NCBI GenBank assembly: GCA_964016885.1 | Contig: OZ024742.1 | Location: 49,352,001-49,416,000, forward strand | Direction: 5' to 3' | DNA from: Eledone cirrhosa | Taxonomy: Eukaryota | DNA: 64,000 bases | Part shown: one piece after another, positions 39,306 to 53,794 of the stretch | Position numbering within the stretch: the first letter of the stretch is position 1 | How the letters are laid out: every line of letters begins with the position of its first letter | Notes under the pieces: generated by a model | What the model was told of the DNA's origin: nothing | Seen by the model: only the letters and a program-made list of their open reading frames with translations | Database searches by the model: none | Made by a program: the position numbers and the translations under genes

Positions 39306-39400
39306 GCCCCTTGACAAGTTCGGCTACTTAAATACCAGAACTGATTTTTCATTCAGTACAGAATTAGCCGTCGAAACGGCTTGAGCTCAGCCGTCGGGGT
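39306..39400 (+). ncRNA. Type I hammerhead, U3-A8 core, long palindromic stem III
   Basis: GCCCC TTGACAA GTTCGGCTA [loop] TAGCCGTC GAAA CGGCTTGAGCTCAGCCG TC GGGGT. Confidence 0.82.
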
Positions 39401-39491
39401 CTTATTTACTCCTATTACCCACTCTACTACCCTAAGTATTGAGTACTTTAGTGCGTTATGGTCCACCTGGTTCCTTACCACTTTTCCTTCG

Positions 39492-39551
<60 letters not shown>

Positions 39552-39557
<6 letters not shown>

Positions 39558-39884
39558 GTGAGGCTTTTTTTACAAAATGAAAAATAACCGAGGTGTCCTA
39601 CACGAGTGAAAGTATAAACAAAAGAGATGAAATCGAAAATGTAACTGAAGTCTTATTTTTTTTAAAAATATATATATTTATTTGGTTCCTTTACCGGTTT
39701 CGCAGTTCTTCTGCTTTTCAAAAGGTGAGTTGAGATGGAGGGTCTGTGAGAAAAACCACAGACCCTCCATCTCAACTCACCTTATGAAAAGCAGAAGAAC
39801 TGCGAAACCGGTAAAGGAACCAAATAAATATATATATTTAAAAAAAAAATAAGACTTCAGTTGCATTTTCGATTTCATCTCTTT
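39552..39884. mobile_element. Non-coding hammerhead element forming a ~264-bp hairpin (39621-39884, ~8-nt loop)
   Basis: Arms aaagagatgaaatcgaaaatg...ctgtg / cacag...cattttcgatttcatctcttt. Flanked by (TA)n. Confidence 0.9.
39688..39725 (-). ncRNA. Minimal type I hammerhead, U3-A8 core
   Basis: Minus strand: CCTT TTGAAAA GCAG AAGAA CTGC GAAAC CG GTA AAGG. The plus-arm copy 39780-39817 has a U3>A change. Confidence 0.8.
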
Positions 39885-39885
39885 A

Positions 39886-39916
<31 letters not shown>

Positions 39917-40551
39917 GATATATTTATATATATATTTTTTAATTTTATATGATATATATATAGGAAAATGTTCAAGAACCCGACGGCAGAGCTCAAGCCG
40001 TTTCGACAGCTATTTCTGGACGTTATATATATATATACATATATATCATCATCATCGATTAACGTCCATCTTCCATGGGTCCTATTTTGAGGCAAATTGT
40101 GTCAGGTAACCTACTCTTGCTCATATAGAGGTGTTTATGGCTGGTTTTCTACAGCTGGATGCCCTTCCTAACGCCAAATACATATATATATAAACACATA
40201 CAACTTTAGCTACACACCTAGATAACATACATATGCTTATTTTCCTTTTATTCATCCATACATATATTGGACCAATCCCTCCAATGAATTCCAATATTAC
40301 ACCTAAAAATGTTAATATTCTGTTAAAACAAAAGATGTTTTTATGAAAATATTTTATTTTCTTAAAAAAAATACGGATTGTTATAAAAATCGATGAATGG
40401 TTCTTTACTTTAGAAATGAGATAAGATGAAACAGATTGTTTTTTATATTTTTAATACGTAAAATAATGAGTAAAACTTCCAGTATTATTGTGAGAAAAGA
40501 AAATCTTGCATTCAGCAAAACTAAACCATTGTTTTTATGTATTAATTTTTA

Positions 40552-40554
<3 letters not shown>

Positions 40555-40624
<70 letters not shown>

Positions 40625-40634
40625 TTTATTTATT
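40555..40634. repeat. (TTA)n/(TTTA)n microsatellite; similar (AAT)n at 29682-29732 and 32071-32128
   Basis: Direct reading. Confidence 0.95.
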
Positions 40635-41400
40635 GAGTTATCTCTTTAAAAATAATAACTTTCATAACTGATACGCATACTCCTATTTTCAATTTTAATA
40701 TCCTCCTCGAGAATAATATCGTTCAATAACCTTCAGATTTCAATCTTTGGTTTTCTACACGCATATATGCGTGTTGGTGTATCTATACTGCAACAGTTGT
40801 TTTGTTTTTATTCGTCTATTCATTGTTTTACTTACTTTTTTATGTCGGCTTACTAGATTTGCATCCTATGCAATACTGTCTAACTTATATCATCATCCTC
40901 CTTACCACTATCATCGTAATCACAATTTTATATCTGTTGGTTTATGTACATCTGGCATATGAATTTATATATGTATAGTTGGATGTATGTACTTAGGTAT
41001 GTGCCTCAATATACCATGTATGGGCACACAACACTCACATACAGTAGTTGTCACATGGTATGCTATCTTGCTTATTCTACTACTCTGGTTTTCTTATAAA
41101 CATACACTCTTTAGGCTATTTCTGTAATAATATCACTTCAACCTGCTTTAATCATTGTTTCTAGCTGTGTACTTTAATGTATTTGAAAACAAATTGGGAG
41201 CAGATTATATCCCTATACTGCAAGAACTGAATTATAACAAATATTTACCTTCTTCAGTGAGTGCATATATTCTATTCTCCCCGAGCACAAATAATATGCT
41301 ACTGGTGAATATATATTTATGCAAACATATTCGTTTGAGTGTATATCTACATATACATGTATGTGTGTTTGTGCATCTGAATGTATATCCACATACACAC

Positions 41401-42820
41401 TTAATTACCGAGTCGCTGTTCTCCCACTGGGGGCAGGTTGGACTTGGTCCTAATGGTCTTAACTATGTTTCTAAGTATGACTTACTGACTAGTCCCATAT
41501 CTGTGGGTACCAGGTTTATTAGACTACATGTGGGGTTAGAAGTAAAGTTTACCTTGTGATCTATCAGGGTGAGGAACGCCTCCCGCTTAGCTAGAGATTG
41601 TAGCTTCTTATCTACCTTAAGGGCGGTGGCAAGTTCTTTGACTTCTGTATTAATGCCGTGGTAGGCCATATGGTTAGCTTTCTTATATTTGGAAGTAATA
41701 GCGTTATGGGCCAGGTGGCGGAAAGTGGTGTTGTCGACTTCGTAAATGTTATTAGTTTTGTCGGAAAGAACGAAGGTGTTATTAGAAGACCTAAATCTCT
41801 TAATATCATTTCTGAGTTTAGTTTGAAAGGTGTTAGGATGTTTGCGAACGGAAATGTTAGCGACTAAGTCAAGAAGATCCGTCTTGAAAGGAGCAAGTTC
41901 AGTTACCTTAGGAGGGTAGGCTCTCGATTTCAGGTTGAAGGTGTTGTTGGTGCCTGTAATTTTTCCGTCAAAAGCTAGGGCTCTTCATCTTAAGCGTCTG
42001 ACGACAGCTTCCGCTTTTTGTAGGAGAAGCTTTTGGTAAACATGGTTGGAGGGAGTTTGGAATGTTCTTCAGGGAGTAATCCAGTTCGTATAAATTCATA
42101 CTGACGTTGATGAGACACAAAATTGTGTAGGACACCCCACCAGGGTGCTCTTGCCGTAAGCCCGAAGCTTGTTCCTTTCAACAGCAATGCAACACACCCG
42201 CTGTAATTTATGAAGCTGTGGTCACTTCCAACCGACCAAATCAACCACAGGAGGTCAAATTCTCTGTGGGTATGACAGAGGGCTGATTTAAGGAACGTTT
42301 CCTGAACCACCAGTCGACCTTTAGGTACCCGGACAGACGTTCATCCACGAAACTCGTGAGCCACGTATGGTCCCTCAAGGATTCAAGTATAGACTACTCC
42401 ATTCAATGGAAAGCCATCACTACGTTCAAGCCATACGCAAGGGGAAATCCGTCGTGTGGACTATGTATTGATGAACGAATAAATATTCTAAAGAGATTAT
42501 GCAATAGTGATTGCCTAAACACGAGAAATGAATTCTTCACACGTTGTCCACACGCCTCGAAACACCTCTTGCATAACTACAAAGCTCCGGATTGAATTAC
42601 AACAACATCATCATTTTCTAGAAACATCATCAACTAGAAACTTTTCGGACTTTCGCACGCATTTTAGTATTGCCTGTGTGAAGTGACCGGTTTCTGCGCA
42701 TGCGCGTTCGTACGGTTGTCCTTCCTGTTCCGTATAACCATGTCAATTACGAGCTGAGGATCTGCTAAGGTGAAACAATTGTTCTCGGTATGGTGAACTA
42801 ACTGTTGTGTAACCATTTCT
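41401..42820. mobile_element. Penelope-like element, Hydra-clade type, 5'-inverted: N-terminal ORF part on minus strand (42099->41401) joined head-to-head to GIY-YIG endonuclease/3' end on plus strand (42131-42820)
   Basis: Minus strand: MNLYELDYSLKNIP, RRLR*RALAF, FVLSDKTNNIY, AFLTLIDHKVNF...CSLINL. Plus strand: CSCRKPEAC (CxCx5C), VIY...VGMTEG*FKERFLNH, QWK, CGLC, LNTRNE..TRCPH. 3' hammerhead, ends at (TA)n. Confidence 0.88.
42749..42788 (+). ncRNA. Minimal type I hammerhead ribozyme in PLE 3' UTR
   Basis: CGAG CTGAGGA T CTG CTAA GG T GAAAC AATT GTT CTCG: stem I CGAG/CTCG, palindromic stem III ACAATTGT. The paralog at ~20920-20957 has CTGAAGA TCC GCTAA GGT GAAAC AATT GTT. Confidence 0.8.
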
Positions 42821-42842
42821 ATATATATATATATATATAATT

Positions 42843-43235
42843 ATGTGGAGGCACATGGCTTAGTGGTTAGAGCATTGGGCTTGCAATCGAAAGGTCGTGA
42901 GTTCAATTCTCAGACCGGGTGATGTGTTTTTTCCTTGAGCAAGACACTTTATTTCACATTGCTCCAGTTTACTCAGCTGTAGAAATGAGATGATAGGACT
43001 GGGGTCTCTATCATTCCACTCTAAAGTGGACGTGTAGGCGCCACGGAAAAAAGCACCCAGTCCACACTGTAAAGTGGACGTGTAGGCACCACGGAAAAAA
43101 AAGCACCCACCACTCACTATAAATGAGGTTGGTGTTAGGAAGGGCATCCAGCTGTAGAAATCAAGCCAGAATCAGTTCCCGTCCCAGCCTTGCAAGCAGG
43201 GAAAAGCGGACGTAAGATTGATGATGATGATGATG
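42843..43235 (+). mobile_element. tRNA-derived SINE family A (full length) with RTE-like body and tail
   Basis: A box tggcttagtggt, B box gagttcaattct, ccttgagcaagacactttatttcac domain, ggtgttaggaagggcatccagctgtagaaa, (GAT)n tail. Confidence 0.88.
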
Positions 43236-44337
<1,102 letters not shown>

Positions 44338-44814
44338 GGCATCTGTCAGTTTGTCTATATTTTCATGTGTTTTCAGTTGTTAGTTTCAATTTATTGCCAG
44401 GAATATTTCAATCAAAATTCTTCTGCAATATCTGCACCATTCACTCATTCAGATTTAAATATGTACATTAAACTCTCTCCTCTTCTCCAACACTAATAAA
44501 TATAACTTATGATACAAAACATTGCAAATATAAAAACAACTATATACATCTCTATTTCAATATTCCTCCTTCCCCCATTCAGTTTTTGTGAAAACACACA
44601 CAAAAATGTAGTCTCACATGCATACAACAGTAGGCACACACATGCATTCAACGAAGTAGACATATACATAGAGGTAGACATACATATACAGTTAAATCTT
44701 TCTTCCACATGTTTATATATTTTTTCTATTAAAATAGAAAAGCTTTAACAACCTATAAATTCACAAAACCTCTTGACAATGTGCCAATGTAAATAAAATT
44801 GACTATTGTTATTA

Positions 44815-45210
44815 TATTGACAGTAGCATCAGAACATTGGAGAAAATGCTTTACGATATTTAATTATGACTTTTATCATTCTGGTTTCGAATCCCACTGA
44901 TATCAACTTTGCTTGTCGTTCCTTGGAATAAAATAAAATAAAGTACCTGCTATGAATTGGGGTCGATATAATTGAGTTCATTTCTCCTAAATTAGTGGTT
45001 TGTGTCAATTTTAGAAATAATTATTTTTTGGCTGATTCATTCGTGACAGACAATGATATTTGTTTTTATTTTGTGTTCAAGGTCAACTTTACTTTTCATC
45101 CTCATGGAGTTGATGAAATAAAGTACCAGATAAATACTGGTGTCGATATAATCAGCTAACCCCTTTCCTTAAACTGTTGGTCTTATGTCTATGTTAGAAA
45201 CAATTATCAT
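44815..45210 (+). mobile_element. Two degenerate SINE family B copies
   Basis: tcaactttgcttgtcgttcc...aaataaagtacc and tcaactttacttttcatcctcatggagttgatgaaataaagtaccag. Confidence 0.65.
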
Positions 45211-45424
45211 TATGCAAGACCACATAGTAGTTTCAATAGTACTGCTAAATTATATAATTTGGTTTTTACAATACATATCTTTTCCATTTAAAGGGCTCAT
45301 TAAAACCTTCTCTCGTTCATTTATTTATGAAAGTTTTGTTAAGTAATGTTTCAAACATCAGCTAATTAATGAAAAGTTTAGATATTTTATCAAATTTCTC
45401 AAAATTATTAAAATTCATTGATAT

Positions 45425-45662
45425 ACATAGGCAATGTAATTCATTAGAAATATGCGAACAAAAGGGTTAATGACATAGACAGTGTATTTCATTACAAATA
45501 TGCTAACTAAAGTGTTAATAGCATAGGCAGTGTATTTCATTAGAAATGTGGTAATGAAAGGTTTATGGCACAGATAATGTCTTTCGTTAGAAATATAGTA
45601 ATGAAACGGTTAATAACTTAAGCAGTGTATTTCATTTGATATATGGTCACAAAAGGGTTAAT
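45425..45662 (+). repeat. Five tandem ~48-bp copies of the MITE terminus
   Basis: (ataggcagtgtatttcattagaaatatggtaacgaaagggttaat)-like units. Confidence 0.75.
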
Positions 45663-48600
45663 ATGAACCTAATTAAATCAAACTTTTATATTTTTGTCTT
45701 CATCATAGTTTGCTTATTATGATTTTCACTGTGAAATAACAGGTGAGCAATTGATAAATTCCAGAAATTTTCACCTTTTGCCCTCATGTCAAATGTGCTA
45801 GAACTTCTGAACTCCAAAATCAATAACTCAGATCTGGCTCAATTAAAACTCCATGAGGCTACTCTAACATAGCTATCCAGTCATAAATTAGCTTTGTTGA
45901 ATACCATTTACATCAACGTTAGAAGTATTGGTTGAGTCAGGCCAGACAAAATATTGTTGTTGCACGTAACCATCACATTGCTTCATAAAGTATGCTTGAG
46001 TATAATAAAATGGAATGCCTGAATATATGCAGGCGGTTTTTAATGGACTGTTTGGTTTGAGGTAGTTGGTCTAACAGTACATAAAACACAAGAATTATAT
46101 ATTTATATATTCATATGTTTATATATTGTAAAATAATAATTATAACAAAATAATGTTAATAATAAACTGATACATCTTACTTTCTGCATCTTAATGATAT
46201 TTATTTACACAAGAAGAAAGACAATAATTGAGTGCCAAAAAAAAAAGAATGTATGTACGTATATATTGATCATAATGAAAACAGACATTAAATGATATAT
46301 ATATATATATACCACTATTACACTCAACACTGTCTTAGTGCTACTGTCAGTACATATATATATATTTATACATAAGGGAGAGAATGGTAGTTAAAATCAC
46401 CAGGATAACTGTTGAGAAATAGAGGAATTGAAATAGACATGTTAAGAATCATAAGAACAGAGAAAGAGAGAATGATAGATCGATTTAAAGAACTTAAAAT
46501 AAATGTTAAGTTGCATAGAAATACAAAAGGAGAGACAGTGGAATGTTGAAAAAGGAAAGTATCATATCATAAAAAAATTAGATTCTTCTCTCATGCATTC
46601 ATATACACATTCAAACACATGTGTACATATACATAATGTATACAAACATAATGCAGACATGAAATAAAACTATTGTACTGAGTTTTAATTTTCCTATTGT
46701 GCTGACAAACCATCCTTTTAAATTACTGATGGAGGCGGAGACGTGTAAAAAAATAAGAAATTGGAGACAAATTATTGATCTTCATTTGAATTTTGGCACC
46801 AGTTGCACATGTTCCTGTCAAAACTAGTGATGTATTTTTATTTTTACTCCACTTGTTTGCTGATGGCATAAATTGCTAAGATACATGTAAAAACGTGTTG
46901 AAATATTTCATTTATATTGTTGATTTTAAAGCTTTTAAAATGATGTCAGAATTTGAAATATTCACCTGGAATGATGGAAAATCTTCTTATGCATTTAACT
47001 GAAGGTTTGTTGAAAGATCTTTGATGGAAAATAATTAAGATTGACTTCAGAAATTAGACAAGGAGATAAATGAGTAAGGCTGTCAAAAACAACTCTCTCT
47101 TCAATTAATCTTATCTTACAAATCTCATTGTTTTCTGTGAATGACAACCACTACTAGTTGCTTACAATTGTATTTTTTTCTTTGCCTTCAAGTACTGCAA
47201 CTTGACCAATGATAGTTCATTCTTGACAGTATATTATCACATTAGCTTAGTAGCCTTTATTTGTACAAGCAGGCCATTACAATATCATCTGTAACTTATA
47301 CACATTTGAGTTAAATATTAATCAAACATACTACATACACACACACAGATGTGCACATAAACACATAAACATGCCTGCACATACACACACATGCATACAC
47401 ATATTAACACATGCAAACTCATACTCAGAAATATATATACATGTACTTACACACACACCCATATAAATTTATTCCTATTTTCTTCATTCAAATGTAAAGG
47501 TACCAACACATAAAATTTGGAAAATAGAATGGAAAAAAATATGTACATAACCATGTTGGAAAATAAATTGAATAATACATTGTTTCATAGTGAAGCAATT
47601 CATCTCTATAATTTGAATGTGGAATTCTCTTGATCTAACACCTAGATATTTTGTATTGTTAACTATATATATATTGTAGAGATAAGACAAAAACAGGAAA
47701 TGAATTGTCAGTAATTTCATTTAGCAGTTCCAGTAAACTACACCTGATGTGTATTACTTCTTATAAAACAAGAATAATGTAAATTCCTACATGAAATAGG
47801 TTTTGGTAAGTTAACATACAGACACTGTAAATTCGTAAATATAATTTCTTATTAAAAAATGTTATATAACATGTTGGTTACAAATTTCCAATTGACAAAT
47901 GGCTGGTTCACTGTGTTTACAATGGTGAGAGGGATAAGTTTGTATCTATGCAAATTAAGTACAACAAATAACACCAGACTCTTTGTTTGAAGGCACTGGT
48001 TTATTGCTTCTTCTGCCAGAATCACACATCGAAATCAGTTCCATTCTTTTCCTCATTTATATCTCCATACATATATATATCATCATCATCATCATCATCG
48101 TTTAATATCTATCTTCCACGCTAGCATGGGTAGGACAGTCTGTCCCTTTGTGCAGGATCAGGTCTGGGGACCATGATTTACTCACACAAATCTGATTAAT
48201 ATATATATATATATATTATAATTTAAGAAACTCAGACACAGAAATAACTGTAAATACAAATAATTGTTTCTACTTTTGGCACAAGGCCAGCAAATACAAA
48301 TAATAGCTTAGAAAAACATACGGCCAGCTACAAAGAGTAGAACTTTGTATCTTTGTATTTTACTTGATTTCTTAAGCTATTTATAGTAATTAACTGCATT
48401 TACTGTTATTTCAGCACCAAATTTCTTTCATTTTCTATTAACTTCATAGCACCTCAGTGCTTAGAAAGTTCAATGCTTTATATACCATATGTGTGTGTGT
48501 GTGGGTGTGTGTGGGGGGGGGCGTGTGTGTGTGTGTGTGTGATGTGTAGAAACAAAAATAATACTTCGAAATAATTTGAAATTAGAAAGTAGGTTATCTT

Positions 48601-48807
48601 GACCAAGCAACAAACTAATCAGAGCATTAGTCAAGATTAATATTTTTACTCTAGGTGAGCAATTTAGTACATTGTGATACTTTAGTCAGTACCCTATGGC
48701 TGTAGCATAAAACTGGTTTCATCCATTAATCAACCAGATAGAAGTCATTTCTATAAAATAATGTTACACTACTGCTAGTTGGGTTCATTATTATAAGTCG
48801 TGTGTGA

Positions 48808-49030
48808 GGGCGGTGGATTGGCAGTATCGGTAGTGAGCCGGACACCATGCTTTGCAGCACAGAGTTACAACCCCTTATGATCTGAGTTAAAATCCCGCCT
48901 ACATTAACTTTGCCTTTCATCCTTACGGGGTCGATAAAATAAAGTACCAGTCCCACACTGGGGTCTATTAAATCGACTTCCACCCCTCAAAAAAATTGCT
49001 GGTCTTGTGCCTATATAAGAAATTATTATA
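48808..49030 (+). mobile_element. SINE family B
   Basis: Same A/B boxes and CORE-like segment. Confidence 0.85.
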
Positions 49031-52004
49031 AGTTGTGTGTCATACACAATAACATTCATACATAGAGAAAGGTAGTCTCTCACCTCTGCCACAAGCTCTC
49101 TACTGCTCTTTTCTTTTGTTTCACTTTTCTGCCACCATTGCCTTCAATTCTTCTCTGCAACCTCTTTCCTTTTCAATACTTTTTCCACCATACTGCTTCA
49201 AATATTTACTTTCATTATTGAATACACACAAAAGGGTGCTGGATTGGAAGTATCAGCAGAGTGTTGGATAAAATGCTTTCTGGTATTTAATTAGAGCTGT
49301 GTACATTTTGAGCTTAATTCCTGCTGTGATCACCTTTGCCTTTTATCATTCCATGGTTGATAAAATAAAGTACCAGTCACATTCTAAGTTTGGTTGTAAT
49401 AAAATTTTCCTTCCCCATAAATTGTTTACTTTCATTAGAAATAACTTTTGAATACCCCACCACTCTGTAACTAAAATTCTCATCATACACTTTCCATTAA
49501 TAGCTGCACATTGACATTTTGGTGACACACATACACCCAGAGTAACACTTATTCATAGTAGGATGTTTGATAGTTAATCCAGCACTGTTCTAAGAACAAT
49601 ATTCCTTTTCCATAAGAATTTTCTGTGCAGCAACTCCATTCAACTGATGAAATATTTGGCTTGTTTTCTTATTTGTACTATTTTAACCAATCAAATATTA
49701 ATAGTTTAAATTTTTCATTATCATATTTCTAATGAAATACAATAATTTTGCAAATGATATAAATATTACGAAGCCAGTGACTTTACTTTCCAAAATCTAC
49801 TTATAAAGAATTAGGGTGTTAGATTGATATAAACTGTAAAAAATAATTACTGTTGTAACTTAGAACCAGGTGTGATTTCAGAAAGTTTGATCTCAAATGG
49901 ATTAAGAATCCATTTTTGACTATTTAAATTGAACACAATGACTTTGGGCTCGATTTTCTTGACTACAAAGAAGTCCGACAGCTAAATTTCCCAGCTTCAT
50001 TTTACACAGCCATGAAGAAGCAACAAACACTGAACAGAATTGATGCTCTTTCAACTGTCTCTAATCATGATCAACATTAATTTTGATGAGGATTATCTCT
50101 ACCAGGTTGAAAATCTATGTTAACTTCGTTATCATTTTTCTTTCACTTCTGTGTCATAACATCTATGTATATCTATGGCAAATTACTTAAACTTATTTTC
50201 TACAATATTGAACTTCTCTTCTTTGGCTAGTCTTAATACAAAGTACGTCAAGCAAATCAGAAAACTGCTTTGTTTCTTTCATCCAGGCAAATTTTGATAA
50301 ACACTTTTCTTACAACACAAATTAGCCAACAGAGTGTACAAAACAAGAAAATATTTGAGTATCTTCTTCAACACATCCTTCAATTGACTTTGCAAGCATG
50401 AAAATATGTACATGTAAACTTTGTACATGTAAACTTTGCAAGCATGAAAATATGTACATGTAAACTTTACAATGATTGATTTTATAAATTAAGATCTGAA
50501 ATATTCCATGCCTGAATTCTTGTCTGTTTCAAATTCATATTTCCAAACACATTTATTTTGGGGAAGAAGAATTGCATCACATAGTATTTCTCACCTGATT
50601 GGTGATGTTCATAATGTTAACTTATTTGAACTTTTGTCTTATAAGGACTCTGTACTTTAAACTTGTGCTTGGAAGGTCAAAGAAAACAAAAAAAATGTGA
50701 AAGGTTCCAACTACTCTATTTACTAACTGAATCACAAACTAGATTTATTTCGCTTTATTCTCATCTCTTATGGAAACAAGCATTCTCTGAAAGATCAAAG
50801 ACAAAATATCAATCTATAAAATTTGATGCAATACTCGATTCTGCTCATGACAAACAACGTTTTATCAGATCTTACCTTTAAAGTAAAGAGACGTTTTGAA
50901 AACTGTTGGGAAGAAATACTGGTTTTGATACTGCAAACATGATATAGGAGATACTGGAAGATTGTAGTAGTTAGAGAAATGACAGTGGCGCCAATATGGC
51001 ACGTAATTATGAAGATGTACAAAGGATAATTCACAATAGAAATTCCCTTGCTATGTTTTCCATAAGTGGATGTCATATACTGTACTTGTAGGGGGATGAA
51101 TCAACAGTGCTGTATTGAAGCAGTTATATGTTTCAGAATTATTGAAGGTACTGTTATTACTTCTAATAGTGGAAGAAAAAAAGGCAAATCTTTCTGATTT
51201 ATAGGGTATGTATAATTATATTGTATGTCAACTACTTGGTGGACAGCCATAATTAATAGTGTGAAAAAGTGGGCAACAAATCTTAATGGAATCAATTTAA
51301 CTCAGTGGGATTTTCTGAAATGTAACAATTTTGATACCAACCCACCCAAAACCACTTCTAATTCCATGAAACGAATTCACCTATTTTATAGATTCACATC
51401 TAAATAAAAATCTTCCTACATAATTTTATATAAGAACCATTTATTATGTTACAAATATTATTTTAGTAATGAACTAATTAAGAATTTTAGTAATTTCCTA
51501 CATTTTTTCCATTAATTAATTTCATTAGAAATCTGGCCAAGAAAGGGTTAATGTAACAGAGAGAAAGTAACAAAAGCTAATAAACACATCTTCTTTCAGA
51601 TGTTTACAATTATTATACATCTTGTTTCAGTCTTGCTTCCATTAACATCTGCAACATGGTATTACAGGCAGGATATGTCATGGTTGATACAATAAGATGT
51701 TTATTGAAAATCTGCTGAAATTACATTATCAATGTGACAATCTTCTGAGGGAACTGTGATATGTGGGAGAAGTCTAAAATTGAAATTAAACAACAAGGAA
51801 ATGAAAGAAAGCGAAATAAATGCTTTTTGATGAGATCATGTCAAATGATGACAGTCAGACAACAGGATTCTGACATACTTAGAATCATTATTTCTGACAT
51901 GTCATTGTTGATTCTGACATTGGTGGTTTTACAAAAATTATTTGAAGCTACGTCAACTGGACAGACCATAAAACATACTATTCAGTCTCAGAGTAGATAA
52001 CTGT

Positions 52005-52260
52005 AAACATAAATATTCAAAAGTTGCAAACCTCTGGTCATGTCATCAGGGCCCAGAACTGCAGTACTTGCACCCTGGAAGGATGTATAGATTGCAAGAA
52101 ACCAAGAGCAAGGCCAAGGTGGTCTTGGATGGATGACATCAAATATTGGACAGAAAAAGTGCTGGCAGAGTGCATGGTCATGGCATGAGAGAGAGGAATC
52201 AATAGAGAGCATTGATTCAATTGTCCATTGTCTCTAACCCTCAGCAACGTGGATGGGAAG
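52005..52260 (+). pseudogene. RTE (BovB-like) C-terminal fragment
   Basis: Translation KLQTSGHVIRAQNCSTCTLEGCIDCKKPRARPRWSWMDDIKYWT matches the RTE C-terminal GH..R...G.I.G.R.RGRP..W.D.I pattern. Confidence 0.7.
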
Positions 52261-53470
52261 ATATCAGCAGAAAGACATTTTTGATACATTTTCCTCTTTC
52301 TGACAATAACTATATCTGCATTGGGATATTTTGTGACGACTAAGTGCATATGTATCACTTGTGGAAATTTACAATTCTGATGTAAATGTCAATATAACTT
52401 TGAATGAATTGGTACAAAAACTATGACACGCCATGTCAGCTTTTGGGAACCACACTACAAAACAAAACCATGAATTTACTCAACAAAATATGCAACAATG
52501 AGCTGGCCAGAATTGTTCTGAATTGTGTGTATTATTCAAGATTTTTCTTATCACACTTGCATGGTCAGCCTTAGCAGAACATCCATTAAAGTGAAACTGG
52601 TAATATGCCTCAACTTAGTTGAAATTGATTTCAGAGATATAAAAAACCATGCAAGTATTACTACATATGAAAACTCATTCATTCTTTAGTCTCTGGCAAA
52701 TACATAAATGATGAGAATAATTGCTGGGAAGAAGGGATCTTTAAGAAAGTCTCAATCATTCTTTGATATTGATGACTTTAAATGACGGTTTTCAAAGTAT
52801 GCAACATAATGCTTAACATGCTGTAATAATTTAGCAGAAAATATTTAAAAACAGGATTGTTAATTCAAATGTGTATGTTATCTTTACTAGTTGAAATATC
52901 ATTGTAAAAATCTAAATTAAAAATTTTCATTTTTAATGTGCTGTACTTATAGTGCTGTTTTCTACATTTTAAGAATGTTATGTTAATGTGGTCTCGTGTA
53001 GTACAGGATGTTGAGTATAAAGGAGAATTAAAAAGAGAAGAGTGAAACGAATGTTCGTATTTATATACAGTATTAGGTGATAGAGTGTATAACACATATC
53101 CAGATTATTTTATTGTATTATTTTTATCATTATTCTTATTTTGAAGTCTGAACAGAGAACTGAACTCTGACGGCTTTGTATCATATTGTGATTCCAGCTT
53201 GGGTAAGTGTGTGTGGTACATATTCTTAGTATGTGTGAATATATGTGTATATAGGTGTATAAATATAAACATATGTATTTGAGTCTGCATGTATGTATGT
53301 ATATATCTATACAGGCACAATTCTATATGGATCTGAGTTCCAGTGTGTGTGTGGCAGTATAAATACACCTTATTTTCATACCGTATCATCATAAAATCCA
53401 TTTTCTAAAATTGAATTAGAAAAGAAATAGTTGGTCCAATCTAGTTTATCATTATATTAGCCACACATTG

Positions 53471-53726
53471 TCACCTGTTTGTTCAACACTGGCTTTGAGA
53501 AATAGTCAACGTGTTTCAGGGTCATTACCCTTCATCAAGAATGTATACCTCTGCCAGTCTGTTGAATGGTTGAAAATATATAGTATTTTCTTAAGTACAC
53601 ATCGGCTGAGTAGCCTCATTTGCATACAGAGTGAGTTACGGCTGGCCTTGTCAAATATCAAAAATAAAATTTGAATTTTATTTCTCAGTCTAGCACAGCT
53701 GGTACATAAATATAAGTATGCACATG

Positions 53727-53794
<68 letters not shown>

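Larger units (their letters stand above)
38487..39491. mobile_element. Non-coding hammerhead element with ~180-bp 5'-inverted arm (38487-38667 vs 39234-39413), between (TA)n tracts
   Basis: Arms are reverse complements. Related fragments occur at 38281-38420 and 39962-40015. Confidence 0.85.

Noticed and set aside
42284-42290. In-frame TGA in the PLE endonuclease (and RRLR*R) as possible selenocysteine, as in Naiad PLEs
   Set aside because: The positions are not Cys sites, CGA/TGG>TGA decay explains them, and the copy has other lesions.
42843-42925. tRNA-like sequence (also the SINE B heads)
   Set aside because: A/B boxes are present but each is fused to a SINE body and tail in many diverged copies; not tRNA genes.
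48640-48660. Second AG|GTGAG juxtaposition
   Set aside because: Short pyrimidine tract with upstream AGs and no clear downstream donor; expected by chance.
49930-51000. Coding-like composition, possible DNA transposase or host exon
   Set aside because: Frames are interrupted and I could not recognise any motif.
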